The translations under genes and the position numbers were made by a program. The notes beneath the pieces are model-generated. The model searched no databases and was not told the DNA's origin. It saw nothing but the letters and a program-made list of their open reading frames with translations. A stretch of DNA of 64,000 nucleotides from Thermodesulfobacteriota bacterium (GTDB lineage Bacteria; Desulfobacterota_D; UBA1144; Nemesobacterales; UBA2774): positions 26,675 through 90,674 of the forward strand of contig JAWKQD010000007.1 of the NCBI GenBank assembly GCA_041390285.1, given 5' to 3'. Below are positions 1-9,678 of this stretch, in pieces (positions within the stretch are counted from its first letter, which is position 1; each line of letters begins with the position of its first letter).

Positions 1-433
1 CATAATCTTCTGGCATGAGGATGCGTCTTAAGTCGGGGTGGCCGTTGAACACTATGCCGAACATGTCGTAAACCTCTCTTTCGAGCCAGTCGGCACCGCT
101 CCACACCAGCACTACCGAGTCTATCTCAGGCGAGTCCGAGTCTTCGACCCCTGCCTTGAGCCTTATTCTTACGTTCTCGTCGTAATCCGCGCCGAACCTG
201 TGCACGTGATAAACGACCTCGTAGCGCGGGCTCTTGACCGTCAGGTAATCGACGGCCGTAAGGTCGGCCAGGAACGCGAATTCGTGCGATTCCTTGAGCC
301 GCGTGCAGATCGCTTTAATGCGGTCCTTGTCCACGACGAGCGAGGTTTCCCCCCTCCATTCCAGCTTTTCTGTGACGCTGCCGGGGAATTCCTGGTTTAG
401 TGCGGATATTATGGAGTCAATATCGAGGCTCAT
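1..433 (-). CDS. nuoC: NADH-quinone oxidoreductase subunit C (30 kDa subunit), 5' part of gene only; gene runs off window start
   Basis: Reverse-strand translation [37 protein letters not shown]...[24 protein letters not shown] matches NuoC. ATG at 433-431 overlaps the nuoB stop (ATGA). Not in ORF track because no stop falls inside the window. Confidence 0.8.
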   Translation of the reverse strand, partial: MSLDIDSIISALNQEFPGSVTEKLEWRGETSLVVDKDRIKAICTRLKESHEFAFLADLTAVDYLTVKSPRYEVVYHVHRFGADYDENVRIRLKAGVEDSDSPEIDSVVLVWSGADWLEREVYDMFGIVFNGHPDLRRILMPEDY

Positions 434-915
434 AAAATAGGGGCCCCTTCGAGCTCAATCTTTTTCTGTATTTTCATAACTGCATCTATAACGGCCTCGG
501 GCCTCGGGGGGCACCCGCCGATGTAGACGTCAACGGGCAGGAACTCGTCGATGCCCTGCACCACCGCATAGCTGTCGAACGGCCCGCCGCCGCAAGTACA
601 CGACCCCATCGCTATCACCCACTTGGGCTCTGGCATCTGGTCGTATATTCGCCTGCATACGGAGGCCATCTTATATGTTATGGTGCCGGATACGAGCATG
701 AGGTCGGCCTGCCTTGGCGAGAACCTCGCGACCTCGGCCCCGAAGCGGGAGAGGTCGTACCTCGAAGCGAACACCGCCATCATCTCGATAGCGCAGCACG
801 CCGTTCCGAAAGGCATCGGCCACAGGCTGTTCTTCCTTCCCCAGTTGGCGAAGGCCTCTATTGTCGTCGTAAGAAACCCCTCTCCGCCGAGAGCGGGGTC
901 TGCGTTTACTCCCAT
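430..915 (-). CDS. nuoB: NADH-quinone oxidoreductase subunit B (20 kDa, Fe-S)
   Basis: 161 aa; conserved motifs [38 protein letters not shown] and [13 protein letters not shown]. Confidence 0.95.
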   Translation of the reverse strand: MGVNADPALGGEGFLTTTIEAFANWGRKNSLWPMPFGTACCAIEMMAVFASRYDLSRFGAEVARFSPRQADLMLVSGTITYKMASVCRRIYDQMPEPKWVIAMGSCTCGGGPFDSYAVVQGIDEFLPVDVYIGGCPPRPEAVIDAVMKIQKKIELEGAPIL

Positions 916-1262
916 TCGAGGGCTCCCTTTTTAACGATGTAAAAGTATCCTCCGAGAACGACGAGGAGGAAAACCAGTACTTCTATGAATGCGAGCATCC
1001 CGAGGTCCTTGTACACGACCGCCCATGCGAAGAGGAACACGGCCTCTATGTCGAACAGTATGAACAGCGCGCCCACGAGATAGTACTTGATCGAGAACTT
1101 CCCGCGCGTGTCGCCCGTGGGCGGAATCCCCGACTCGTACGGGGCCAGCTTTCTCTTCGAGCTACGCTTCGGGCCGAGCAGGGCGGAAAGCCCCAGCATT
1201 GCGGCGGCGAGTATGATAGCGAGTATGAGAATTAATAAAACGGGAACGTAATCGTTAAGCAC
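906..1262 (-). CDS. nuoA: NADH-quinone oxidoreductase subunit A
   Basis: 118 aa with 3 TM helices; conserved [12 protein letters not shown]...FDIE motif; overlaps nuoB by 10 nt (operon). Confidence 0.9.
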   Translation of the reverse strand: MLNDYVPVLLILILAIILAAAMLGLSALLGPKRSSKRKLAPYESGIPPTGDTRGKFSIKYYLVGALFILFDIEAVFLFAWAVVYKDLGMLAFIEVLVFLLVVLGGYFYIVKKGALEWE

Positions 1263-1386
1263 AGAATTAGCTTAAGTGGTAACGGGGAATTGTCAAGAAT
1301 CCGGACGCTATGTATTACGGCCCCGCGGGGAGTTGTGAGCGCCGGGTGAATTCGAGGCATTCTGTGTTAGAATAGAAGGCAAAAAA

Positions 1387-2211
1387 ATGGCTGGAGGAAC
1401 CATGATGAAGAGACTAGTTTCATCTTTCGCGATTGCACTCTTATTCGCGGCCTCGGCGTACGCCGACGTCGTTTTCGAGATCGAGCAGAAAGAGCTCGAC
1501 CCCGAATCCACGGGGCAGATAAAGGGCAAGGTCAAGGGGGACGACCTCAGGATGGATATGTACGAAGACGGCGGGAAGCTCGACGGCTCGATGATCTACA
1601 GGGGCGCGAGCAAAGAAATGATAATGATCGACCACGACGACAAGTCGTTCGTAATTCTGGACGAGGCCACGATGTCGGCGCTTTCGGCCAAGCTCAGCGC
1701 GGCAATGAAGCAGATGGAGGCGCAGCTTCAGAACCTTCCGCCGGAACAGAGGGAGCAGATGAAGCAGATGATGGGCATGGGCGGAAGCAGCGATTACGTC
1801 GCGCCGGTGCTCAAGAAAACGGGCTCGGGCGAAGTGAACGGAGTCGCTTGCCAGAAGTACGACGTCTTCCAGGGCTCTGAAAAGGTCAGGGAATACTGCG
1901 TAACCCAGTGGGGGAACATCGAAGGCGGGCAGGAGATGATGAATCTCATGATGCAGATGGCCGATTCCATGGAGAATATGATGAAATCGTTCTCCATCCC
2001 CGGAAACCCCATGGGCTCGCAGGTCGAGTTCGAGGAGAACGTCTTCTCGAGGCTGAGGGAGCTTAACGGTTTCCCGATCGAAACCGTGGACTTCGACGAC
2101 GGCGAGAAGGAATCCATATCGACTTTTTCTTCTTCGAAAAAGACGCCCGTCGATGCTTCGGAGTTCGTGCCTCCTTCGGATTACAAGAAGCAGAGCATGG
2201 ACCTTCAGTAA
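1387..2211 (+). CDS. secreted hypothetical protein with methionine-rich segments (DUF4412-like?)
   Basis: Signal peptide MMKRLVSSFAIALLFAASAYA; Met-rich motifs QMKQMMGMGG and MMNLMMQMADSMENMM; no confident family match by eye. Confidence 0.5.
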   Translation: MAGGTMMKRLVSSFAIALLFAASAYADVVFEIEQKELDPESTGQIKGKVKGDDLRMDMYEDGGKLDGSMIYRGASKEMIMIDHDDKSFVILDEATMSALSAKLSAAMKQMEAQLQNLPPEQREQMKQMMGMGGSSDYVAPVLKKTGSGEVNGVACQKYDVFQGSEKVREYCVTQWGNIEGGQEMMNLMMQMADSMENMMKSFSIPGNPMGSQVEFEENVFSRLRELNGFPIETVDFDDGEKESISTFSSSKKTPVDASEFVPPSDYKKQSMDLQ

Positions 2212-2244
2212 AAACAGGGCACATCACCGTGTTGGAGAAATGAA

Positions 2245-2610
2245 ATGACCGATTCGTCTTCAGGCGCTTTACGGGTTTCTGCTTTTCTCCTCTTGTTCGG
2301 ACTCGTTTATCTTTATGCCGGAGCCGCTCTTTCCGACAACACTCCATGTAAGCTCATGGATAAGGAGTGTTTCACCGAAAGCGGCTATCCGGCATGCACG
2401 GACAAAAGGGCGATTCAAAAATACTACGAGTTCGTCGAGGGCGGCAGCGACGCCCTCGCACAAAGCCTCCTCAAGGGGGAGGGCTGCATACAGCTCATGG
2501 GGAACGAGAAGGTATATCTGATGGACAAGAGCGGTGACTACGTGAAGTTCGCATTCAGGGGCAAGGAAGGGCAGTACTGGACGAAGGGCGAGGCGATATA
2601 TGCGAAGTGA
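2245..2610 (+). CDS. small secreted hypothetical protein (4 Cys)
   Basis: 121 aa, N-terminal hydrophobic signal (VSAFLLLFGLVYLYAGAA), ends KGEAIYAK; intact ORF following upstream gene. Confidence 0.45.
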   Translation: MTDSSSGALRVSAFLLLFGLVYLYAGAALSDNTPCKLMDKECFTESGYPACTDKRAIQKYYEFVEGGSDALAQSLLKGEGCIQLMGNEKVYLMDKSGDYVKFAFRGKEGQYWTKGEAIYAK

Positions 2611-2688
2611 CGGGACGGAAACGCCCGCCGCGCAGCTTCCCGCGCCGAGACATCCCCTTGAAGCTAAGACTCATACAATTACCTATCC

Positions 2689-3366
2689 ATGTGCGGGGTC
2701 GCGTCGCGCCGGAAGGCGGACGGATGATAGCCTCCGGGCGGCATCAAAATTAACGGCGTCGTCGAAGAACTCGGCCGGACGATAGACCCGAGAGAGACAG
2801 GGTCGAGGTCGGCGGCCTGACTGTAACCCCGGAGACGCACAGGTATCTCGTCCTCAACAAGCCGAGGCTATTCGTTACGGCGATTGGCGAGGGGCAGGAC
2901 GGCACAAGAAGACGATAGACGAGCTGATAAGCGACGTGCCCGAAGGGTATATCCCGCTGACTTGAGCAGGCTCGACTACGACGTCGAGGGGCTTATAATC
3001 CTGACGAACGACGGCGAGCTCGCGAACAAAATTCTCCACCCGCGCTACGAGCTTCTGAAGGTTTACAGGGCTGTCGTGCGCGGGGACGCCCCTGAAAATG
3101 TCGCCCGGGCGATGATGGAGGGGGCAGAGCTCGAGGACGGGCCGGCCAAGCCCGATTCCGTGAAGATTATCGAGAGAAAAAAGGGCTTTACGACATTCGA
3201 GATAGCCTTTCACGAGGGCAGGAATCACCTTGTAAAGAGGTTCTTCGAGGCATTCGGGCACACAATCTGGCGTCTCAAGCGCATAGCGGTCGGCCCCGTG
3301 GAGCTGAGCGGGCTTCAGCTGGGGAAGTGGCAGGAACATGCGCGAGCGCGAGCTAAGGGCGCTTAG
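2689..3366 (+). pseudogene. RluB/RsuA-family 23S/16S rRNA pseudouridine synthase with S4 domain; 3' two thirds intact (2884-3366), 5' third broken by at least 4 frameshifts
   Basis: Intact part contains RLDYDVEGLIILTNDGELANKILHP and HLVKRFFEAFGH (RsuA/RluB catalytic core). Upstream S4 domain GVASRRKADGMIASGR/IKINGVVEE/RVEVGG...YLVLNKPR/KKTIDELISDVPEGYIP is readable only by switching frames repeatedly. Confidence 0.7.
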
Positions 3367-3522
3367 GGAAGCAGCCGGCAGGAAGAAGTGAGCTTCTTTT
3401 ATCTTTCATCTATATTATGGTACATTCTCTAAATGTGCGGATGCGCCTGTGTCCGCCGGAACCTAATATGCCCATAGCCTGACCTTAAATTACTCACTTA
3501 TCAGAGAGGAAATCCAGGACAC

Positions 3523-4137
3523 ATGCTAATAACATTCGAAGGTATAGAAGGGAGCGGCAAGAGCACGCAGGCGCAGATGCTGAAAAACGCGCTCGTAGAG
3601 AGGGGTACAAGGTTTCACTGACCCGTGAGCCCGGATGGGGCCGTCTCGGCCACCTGATACGAACGATCATCCTGGAGGACAGGGACCTCGAGCTGGACCC
3701 GCTCGCCAGAGCTCTTCCTCTTTTGCGCAGACCGCGCACAGCACGTAAAGGATTACATAGAGCCGAGACTCAGAAACGGCGAGATAGTCATATGCGACAG
3801 GTTTTACGACTCGACGATAGTCTATCAAGGGTACGGCAGGAAGCTCGACATGAGGTTTGTCACGAAGACCGCCAAGTCCTCGGCCGGCGACACCACGCCC
3901 GACATGACGTTCCTCCTCAATCTGCCCGTGAGGGAAGGGCTTTCGAGGCTGAGGGGAAGGGGGGACACGACTAAAATGGACGAAGAGCCTGTCGAGTTCC
4001 ACGAGCTAATAAGGCAGGGGTATCTGCTTCTTTCGCGCCGCGATCCCGAAAGGATTACGAAGATAAACGCAGCACAGGACGCCGCGTCCATACACGAGGA
4101 AATAAAGGCCGCGGTCCTTCTCCGCTTAACCTCCTGA
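3523..4137 (+). CDS. tmk: thymidylate kinase, reading frame interrupted by at least 2 apparent frameshifts
   Basis: MLITFEGIEGSGKSTQAQML (P-loop) then frame switch to YKVSLTREPGWGRLGHLIRTII...; DRFYDSTIVYQGYGR (DRF/LID motif); C-terminal part equals ORF 3850-4137. RBS GAGAGGA at 3504-3510. Confidence 0.8.
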
Positions 4138-4190
4138 CCGCTTTATGATATTTTCTTTTATCCGGATCTGTTCCCGGAAGCGTTCTATCC

Positions 4191-5246
4191 ATGACGACTA
4201 AAATAGCAGGGCACGAATTCCAGAGAGAAATACTGCGGCGCACGGCTGCCGAGAATGTGGTCTCGCACGCCTATCTGTTCTCGGGGCCGGACGGCGTCGG
4301 GAAGAAGCTCGTTGCGCTCGAATTCGCAGGTATAGTCAACTGCAAGTCCGGCGGAGGGAGCCCCTCCGAGTGCGAATGCGGCTCGTGCAGGAAGGTCGAA
4401 AAGGGTATACACCCGGACGTTGTTATGGTCGAGTTCGCGGGCGTACGGAATATTAAAGTCGACCAGGTGCGGGACGAGATAGAGGAGAAGCTTTACTTAA
4501 AGCCCTTCGAGGGAAGGTTCAAGGTCGTGATAGTGGATGAGGCCGAAAAGCTCAACAACAGCGCCCAGAACGCTTTCCTCAAGACCCTCGAAGAGCCGCC
4601 GCCAGCGTCGATTATCATACTCGTCACCTCGCGGCCGGGGGCACTCCTTCCTACGATACGCTCCCGGTGCCAGCCGCTTAACTTCGGCGCCCTTCCCGAG
4701 CGCTACGTAGCCGAGGTGCTGACGGAGAAGGCGGGGCTCTCACCCGATGACGCCGAGCTATACGCGCGGGTTTCCTCGGGAAGCCTTGGCGCTGCGCTAA
4801 GGCTCGACGCCGAGACGATGGAATGGCGGAAGGAGCTTCTCTCGTCCCTCGGCCAAATGAGCGCCGGGTCAGCCACTGGCATCACATCGCTCGCCGAGGA
4901 TCTGGCGGAAAGCGCCTCGGGGGACCCGGCGAAGCTGGACCTCGCGTTCAGGTTCATCTCACTCTGGCTTCGGGATATCGCGTTCCTTAAAATAGGCTCG
5001 GGCGACGTGAGCAACGTCGATATGAGGGACGAGCTGGCCGCCATCGCAGAGGGCATCGATGTGCCCTCGCTCATGGATAGGCAGAGACAAGTGGAAAAAA
5101 CTTGGTATGATATAGTCCGCGCGAACGCCAATACGAGGCTCGCACTCGAAAACCTGTTTATAAAACTTGCGCGAAAACCAGGGAGCGGCGGAGGCCTTTC
5201 GGGAAATGCGGGCCGCCGCGCCGCCAGCATCGGAGACAGAATCTAG
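4191..5246 (+). CDS. holB: DNA polymerase III subunit delta prime
   Basis: 351 aa AAA+ clamp-loader fold: HAYLFSGPDGVGKK (Walker A-like), zinc module CKSGGGSPSECECGSCRK, VVIVDEAEKLNNSAQNAFLKTLEEPP, SRC motif; conserved tmk-holB-metG neighbourhood. Confidence 0.85.
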   Translation: MTTKIAGHEFQREILRRTAAENVVSHAYLFSGPDGVGKKLVALEFAGIVNCKSGGGSPSECECGSCRKVEKGIHPDVVMVEFAGVRNIKVDQVRDEIEEKLYLKPFEGRFKVVIVDEAEKLNNSAQNAFLKTLEEPPPASIIILVTSRPGALLPTIRSRCQPLNFGALPERYVAEVLTEKAGLSPDDAELYARVSSGSLGAALRLDAETMEWRKELLSSLGQMSAGSATGITSLAEDLAESASGDPAKLDLAFRFISLWLRDIAFLKIGSGDVSNVDMRDELAAIAEGIDVPSLMDRQRQVEKTWYDIVRANANTRLALENLFIKLARKPGSGGGLSGNAGRRAASIGDRI

Positions 5247-6782
5247 ATGGCCAAAAGCTTTTACGTCACGACCCCAATCTACTACGTAAACGACGTGCCC
5301 CACATCGGCCACGCGTATACGACTATCGCGGCCGACGCCATAGCCCGGTGGAAGAGGCTTAAGGGCGAGGACGTATTTTTCCTCACAGGGACGGACGAGC
5401 ACGGCCAGAAGATAGAAAGGACGGCGGAGTCCCGCGGCGAGACGCCGATACAGCTCGCCGACCGCGTCGTCAAGAGATTCGAGAACCTGACGCCCGCGCT
5501 CGACATTACGAACAACGATTTCATACGGACGACCGAAGAGAGGCACGAAAAGGCCGTCGTCGAGATATTCAAGAGGATAGAGGCGGCGGGGGACATTTAC
5601 CTCGGCGAGTACGAGGGATGGTACGACGTCAGGAACGAGGCGTACATAACCGACCTTCAATACGAGGAGATAATGAGCCTCCCCGAGGACAAGAGGCCGC
5701 ACGTCGAAAAGGTGAAGGAGGAGAGCTACTTCTTCAGGCTTTCGAAGTACGGCGACCCGCTCCTCGATTATTACAAAAAGCATCCGGAGTTCGTCCAGCC
5801 GTCCTACCGCATGAACGAGGTCGCGAGGTTCGTGGAGGGCGGCCTTAAGGACCTCAGCATCAGCCGGACTACCTTCAACTGGGGGATACCCGTCCCCGGA
5901 AATCCGAAGCACGTCATATACGTGTGGTTCGACGCACTTACGAACTACATCACCGCGGCGGGATTCCCGGACGACCCTGAAAGATTCGCCCGCATATGGC
6001 CCGCGGACGTCCACCTCGTCGGAAAGGACATCCTCCGCTTCCACACCGTATACTGGCCCGCGTTTCTGATGTCGGCCGGGCTTCCGCTCCCGAGAACCGT
6101 GTTCGCACACGGGTGGTGGACGGTCGAGGGGGAGAAGATGTCGAAGTCAGTTGGAAATGTCGTCGATCCGTATCAGGTCGCCGAGGAATTCGGCTCGGAC
6201 GTGTTCAGATATTTCCTCCTGAGGGAGATCCCTTTCGGGCAGGACGGAGACTTTTCGAAAAGCGCCATAATATCACGCGTGAACGGCGAGCTCGCAAACG
6301 GCCTAGGGAACCTCGTTAGCAGGACGCTCGGCATGATAGAGAGGTACAGGGGAGGGAGCGTCCCAGCGCCGGGAGAGTCGTTTCCGGCAGACGACGACAT
6401 AAAGAAAGGGGCTATCGAGCTTTCGGAACAGGTGGAAAAGGCGATGGACGATATAGCGTTCCACAAGGCCCTCACGGCGGTGTGGGACTACATCGCCCGC
6501 GTCAACAGATACGTAGACGACGAGGCCCCGTGGACGCTCGCCAAGGAAGGGAAGGGCGAGAGGCTCGACACAGTCCTCTGGACGGTGGCCCAGTCTATAG
6601 CCGTCGTCTCCATATTCGTCCATCCCTTCATGCCGCGCACTTCGGAAGAAATACTAAAACGACTCGGACTCGGCGAGATGAAGCCGAGCCTCGAAGCCGC
6701 CCGCTCGTGGGGCATAGTCGAGCCCGGGCTTAAGGTGGAAAAGGGCGCCGGACTTTTCCCGAGATACGAAGAAAAAGGATAG
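5247..6782 (+). CDS. metG: methionyl-tRNA synthetase (short form lacking C-terminal tRNA-binding domain)
   Basis: 511 aa; PIYYVNDVPHIGHAYT (HIGH), KMSKSVGN (KMSKS), anticodon-binding helical domain; start ATG directly abuts holB stop. Confidence 0.95.
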   Translation: MAKSFYVTTPIYYVNDVPHIGHAYTTIAADAIARWKRLKGEDVFFLTGTDEHGQKIERTAESRGETPIQLADRVVKRFENLTPALDITNNDFIRTTEERHEKAVVEIFKRIEAAGDIYLGEYEGWYDVRNEAYITDLQYEEIMSLPEDKRPHVEKVKEESYFFRLSKYGDPLLDYYKKHPEFVQPSYRMNEVARFVEGGLKDLSISRTTFNWGIPVPGNPKHVIYVWFDALTNYITAAGFPDDPERFARIWPADVHLVGKDILRFHTVYWPAFLMSAGLPLPRTVFAHGWWTVEGEKMSKSVGNVVDPYQVAEEFGSDVFRYFLLREIPFGQDGDFSKSAIISRVNGELANGLGNLVSRTLGMIERYRGGSVPAPGESFPADDDIKKGAIELSEQVEKAMDDIAFHKALTAVWDYIARVNRYVDDEAPWTLAKEGKGERLDTVLWTVAQSIAVVSIFVHPFMPRTSEEILKRLGLGEMKPSLEAARSWGIVEPGLKVEKGAGLFPRYEEKG

Positions 6783-6805
6783 GGTTTTCACCTGCAACCC
6801 CTCAA

Positions 6806-6831
6806 CCGGCATATTGCCTCGTTTATGCCGG
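6806..6831 (+). terminator. weak stem-loop after metG (8-bp perfect stem CCGGCATA/TATGCCGG, 10-nt loop), no U-tract
   Basis: inverted repeat seen directly 24 nt after the metG stop. Confidence 0.3.
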
Positions 6832-6990
6832 CCAGCTCTACATATGCAATAATTTGCGCAATTCGGGCAAATTTTGCATTCCTGCTAGTCTGTTTTTGTC
6901 TCTTCTTCAAAAATAAATCTATATTTATAGTCAGTTGCGTATATGATAGTAGTGGCATCATTATTGCCTAAATATTCAGAAGGTAGGATT

Positions 6991-7696
6991 ATGTCATTAT
7001 TACGAAATGAGCGCGGCTTCACTTTTACCGAAATAATTATAGCCATATCCATTATGGCGCTGGGGTTTCTGGCCATGGCCCAGATGCAGTATCTGTCTCT
7101 CAGACAAAAGCAGCGGGCCGAGCAGGGAACAGTCGCGACCAACGTAATACAGTTCATAGCCGACCGCGATATGGAAGAGGTCAAAAGGGCGCATCTCCTT
7201 AACTCGATAGCGTTCGTCGAGGCGCAGGCGGGGCGTCTGAACGCGGGAAGCTCGGCCGAGCCGCACCTTCAGCACTGCATGTCGGGTAACCCTGACCGGA
7301 TGTGCGATCTGTCCGTGCAATCCTCTGGCCGAGGTGACGCCGAATCCATTGCAGGATACCTCGACGACCTGCGCCGTAGTGGACCCTTACGATTTCGATC
7401 CCAAGGATGTTGACTTTACGACCGTAGCGGCCACGTGCAATGCCGCGAATAACGAGTCCCTGATAATTGTAAAACGGGTGGATTCCGTTACGGATAACAC
7501 GCAGCTGCCGCCTATCACGACGCTGACAGTAACCTATGCCGTAAAAACCAAAAACCAGTTCCTCGATACAGGCTTTCAAAGCCTTTCAATTAGAGACACG
7601 CTCGCGACACAGAACCTCGTTTTCAGTGCCCACAGGGAGGATTGGAGCCAGTTTATACCGACATGGAACAACGTGAGCGTCCTGCACGTTCCGTGA
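6991..7696 (+). CDS. pilV: type IV pilus minor pilin PilV-like (prepilin-type N-terminal methylation domain); one apparent frameshift near 7330-7410
   Basis: MSLLRNERGFTFTEIIIAISIMALGFLAMAQ: class III signal peptide with G-F-T-x-x-E; RBS AGGTAGGA 6981-6988; C-terminal half continues in ORF 7334-7696. Confidence 0.65.
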
Positions 7697-7704
7697 GGAA
7701 ATAT

Positions 7705-8952
7705 ATGACGACGACACCCCGAATAATGAATAGCGATAGAGGATTCACGATGATCGAGCTCATGATATCGGTCTCTATCCTCGCATTAATAATTACGGGA
7801 ATGACCATCGCCCTTAATCAGCAGCAAAAGCAGTTCAGGATGACCAAGGAAGCCGTCGATGTGGACCAGACGGCGAGATCCGCTCTCGATTTTCTCGCGT
7901 CCGAAATCAGGAACGCAGGGGCAAGGCAGGGAAAGACCTTCGCTATAAGGTTCTTTAACGGAGGAAGCGGCGCCGACAATCCCTGCACTGAAAATACGGC
8001 AGACGCCGGCTCGGCGGACTCTCCCCCGGACTGCATTACCGTATACACCTGGGATATAACGCGCGGACAGAACGGCGGGAATCTACCGTCGGTGCCGGGG
8101 CTGATACAGGTTATGCAGAACGAGCCGCTGGTTCTTCTTCTGCCGAACGAATGGTTCCCCGACGGCGGGAGCGTTCTTATAGGCGAGACCGAGGAGGACC
8201 CGGAGGTGTTACTCGGATTCCGTTCCCGGACCGCTCTTTGCAGCCCGGACGACACCGTAAACTGCAACCTCCAGCCCGAAAGATGCACCGAGTGCTCGGT
8301 AATAATGAGGGCACAGGTGGATGGGTCTTCGAAGACGGCGACCATAGACTCGGTCGGGGACATCAAGGTCCATAACCTCCCGGTCGAGACGTTTGGCGGC
8401 GTATCGGATTTTGTAAACGGCGTCGCCGTAAACGGGATCAACTACGGATTCCTTCAGACATTCGCTTCGATGCCCTCCGAGGTTACCCTCGTCGGTGAAA
8501 AGACCCTGAGCGTCGATCTCGACAGCAAAGCACTTTTACTCGAACAGAACGGCGGCGTGGCCCGTCCCATAGCGGGAGGCCCCGACGCGCCGGGAATAGC
8601 GGATTTTCAGATCGTCTTCAATCTTCAGGATGCGAACGGCGGCATAACTAAGGTGGGCTTGCCACGTTCCGAGCTAAACGGAACGTTCCCGGATTTCGAG
8701 GATTCGACGCTGATCGGAAGGGAGCAGGACATCCGCTCGATCGAGATTTACCTCGTCGTTAAATCGAAAGCTAAGCCCCGCACGATGCCGGGCGGGCAGG
8801 TCGAGCAAACGATCCCCGCGATCGGCGACGTTCTGGAAAGAACTGTGGAGTCTCCTTCCGGGGTCACAAACGAGCCTGAGGAGGGATTCACGTACCGGCT
8901 GCTTTCGACGACTATATATATGAGAAACCATTCGAGAGAGGAATTCGGCTAA
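7705..8952 (+). CDS. pilW: type IV pilus minor pilin PilW-like
   Basis: N-terminus ...MNSDRGFTMIELMISVSILALIITGMTIAL (prepilin leader + hydrophobic helix), about 415 aa, typical PilW size and position between pilV and pilX; RBS GAGGAA upstream. Confidence 0.7.
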   Translation: MTTTPRIMNSDRGFTMIELMISVSILALIITGMTIALNQQQKQFRMTKEAVDVDQTARSALDFLASEIRNAGARQGKTFAIRFFNGGSGADNPCTENTADAGSADSPPDCITVYTWDITRGQNGGNLPSVPGLIQVMQNEPLVLLLPNEWFPDGGSVLIGETEEDPEVLLGFRSRTALCSPDDTVNCNLQPERCTECSVIMRAQVDGSSKTATIDSVGDIKVHNLPVETFGGVSDFVNGVAVNGINYGFLQTFASMPSEVTLVGEKTLSVDLDSKALLLEQNGGVARPIAGGPDAPGIADFQIVFNLQDANGGITKVGLPRSELNGTFPDFEDSTLIGREQDIRSIEIYLVVKSKAKPRTMPGGQVEQTIPAIGDVLERTVESPSGVTNEPEEGFTYRLLSTTIYMRNHSREEFG

Positions 8953-8964
8953 GGAGAGCTTGAA

Positions 8965-9636
8965 TTGAGTCAAACGACAAAACCGGGAAAAAGGATTTCC
9001 TCGCGTCAGCACGAAAGACCTTCCATAAAAGATGAGAGGGGTGTGGCGCTCATACTCGCGCTTATAATGCTGCTTGTGATGTCTGTGATCGCCACGACCG
9101 TTTCCTTTAACTCCAATAAAGACTATCAGGCCATGTCCAACTACAAGCGCGGACAGGAAGCCTTTCTCGCCGCCGAAAGATGCATACAGCTCGGCAGGAA
9201 CAGGTTCGAGGTGGTAGGCATAGAGGTTCTTTACTTCCTTCTCCAGAACAAGGACACGGCCAGCCTGGCCGGGAGCAGCGCAAATCTCCTTTACCTGGAC
9301 GAAGAGCTCGGGGATTGCGGGACCGATGAAAATCCGCTCTCGTGCGCGAGGTGCCGCTCCGGGCCCCGAGTGCTCGACGGCAGTGAGGACAGCGGACGAC
9401 TGATAGAAATCCCCCCGATTACAAAGACGATTCAAAGACCGCTCAAGAATACGAGCATGTCCACCAGCGCTTCAGGCGGGGCGGGTCTCGTTCCCGTAAC
9501 GTTCCTGGTTACGGGGAAGGACAGTATGGACAAGGACCCCGAGGATGCGAACCTCTCCGTCAATACCGGGACGGAGGTTGCGGTCGGATTCGAAACATTC
9601 ATACCGGGGAATGCAAATCAGATGTACTCGCAGTAA
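8965..9636 (+). CDS. pilX: type IV pilus minor pilin PilX-like (PilX N-terminal domain)
   Basis: TTG start preceded by AAGGAGAG; ERGVALILALIMLLVMSVIATTVSFNS resembles the PilX_N hydrophobic segment; 223 aa. Confidence 0.6.
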   Translation: MSQTTKPGKRISSRQHERPSIKDERGVALILALIMLLVMSVIATTVSFNSNKDYQAMSNYKRGQEAFLAAERCIQLGRNRFEVVGIEVLYFLLQNKDTASLAGSSANLLYLDEELGDCGTDENPLSCARCRSGPRVLDGSEDSGRLIEIPPITKTIQRPLKNTSMSTSASGGAGLVPVTFLVTGKDSMDKDPEDANLSVNTGTEVAVGFETFIPGNANQMYSQ

Positions 9637-9678
9637 CGGTGGAATCTTACGGAGCGCTCAGGAGGCTAGAGTAACGGT

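Noticed and set aside
38-400. 120-aa plus-strand ORF at window start
   Set aside because: Antisense to the nuoC coding sequence, which continues the nuoA-nuoB operon on the minus strand
2640-4140. Programmed ribosomal frameshifting as explanation of the frame changes in tmk / rluB-like
   Set aside because: No slippery heptamer plus pseudoknot context; similar breaks are scattered through many unrelated genes, pointing to indel errors
4959-6110. 383-aa minus-strand ORF overlapping holB/metG
   Set aside because: Runs antisense through two well-supported genes (HIGH/KMSKS motifs on the plus strand); Arg/Gly/Val-rich composition typical of spurious antisense ORFs in GC-rich DNA
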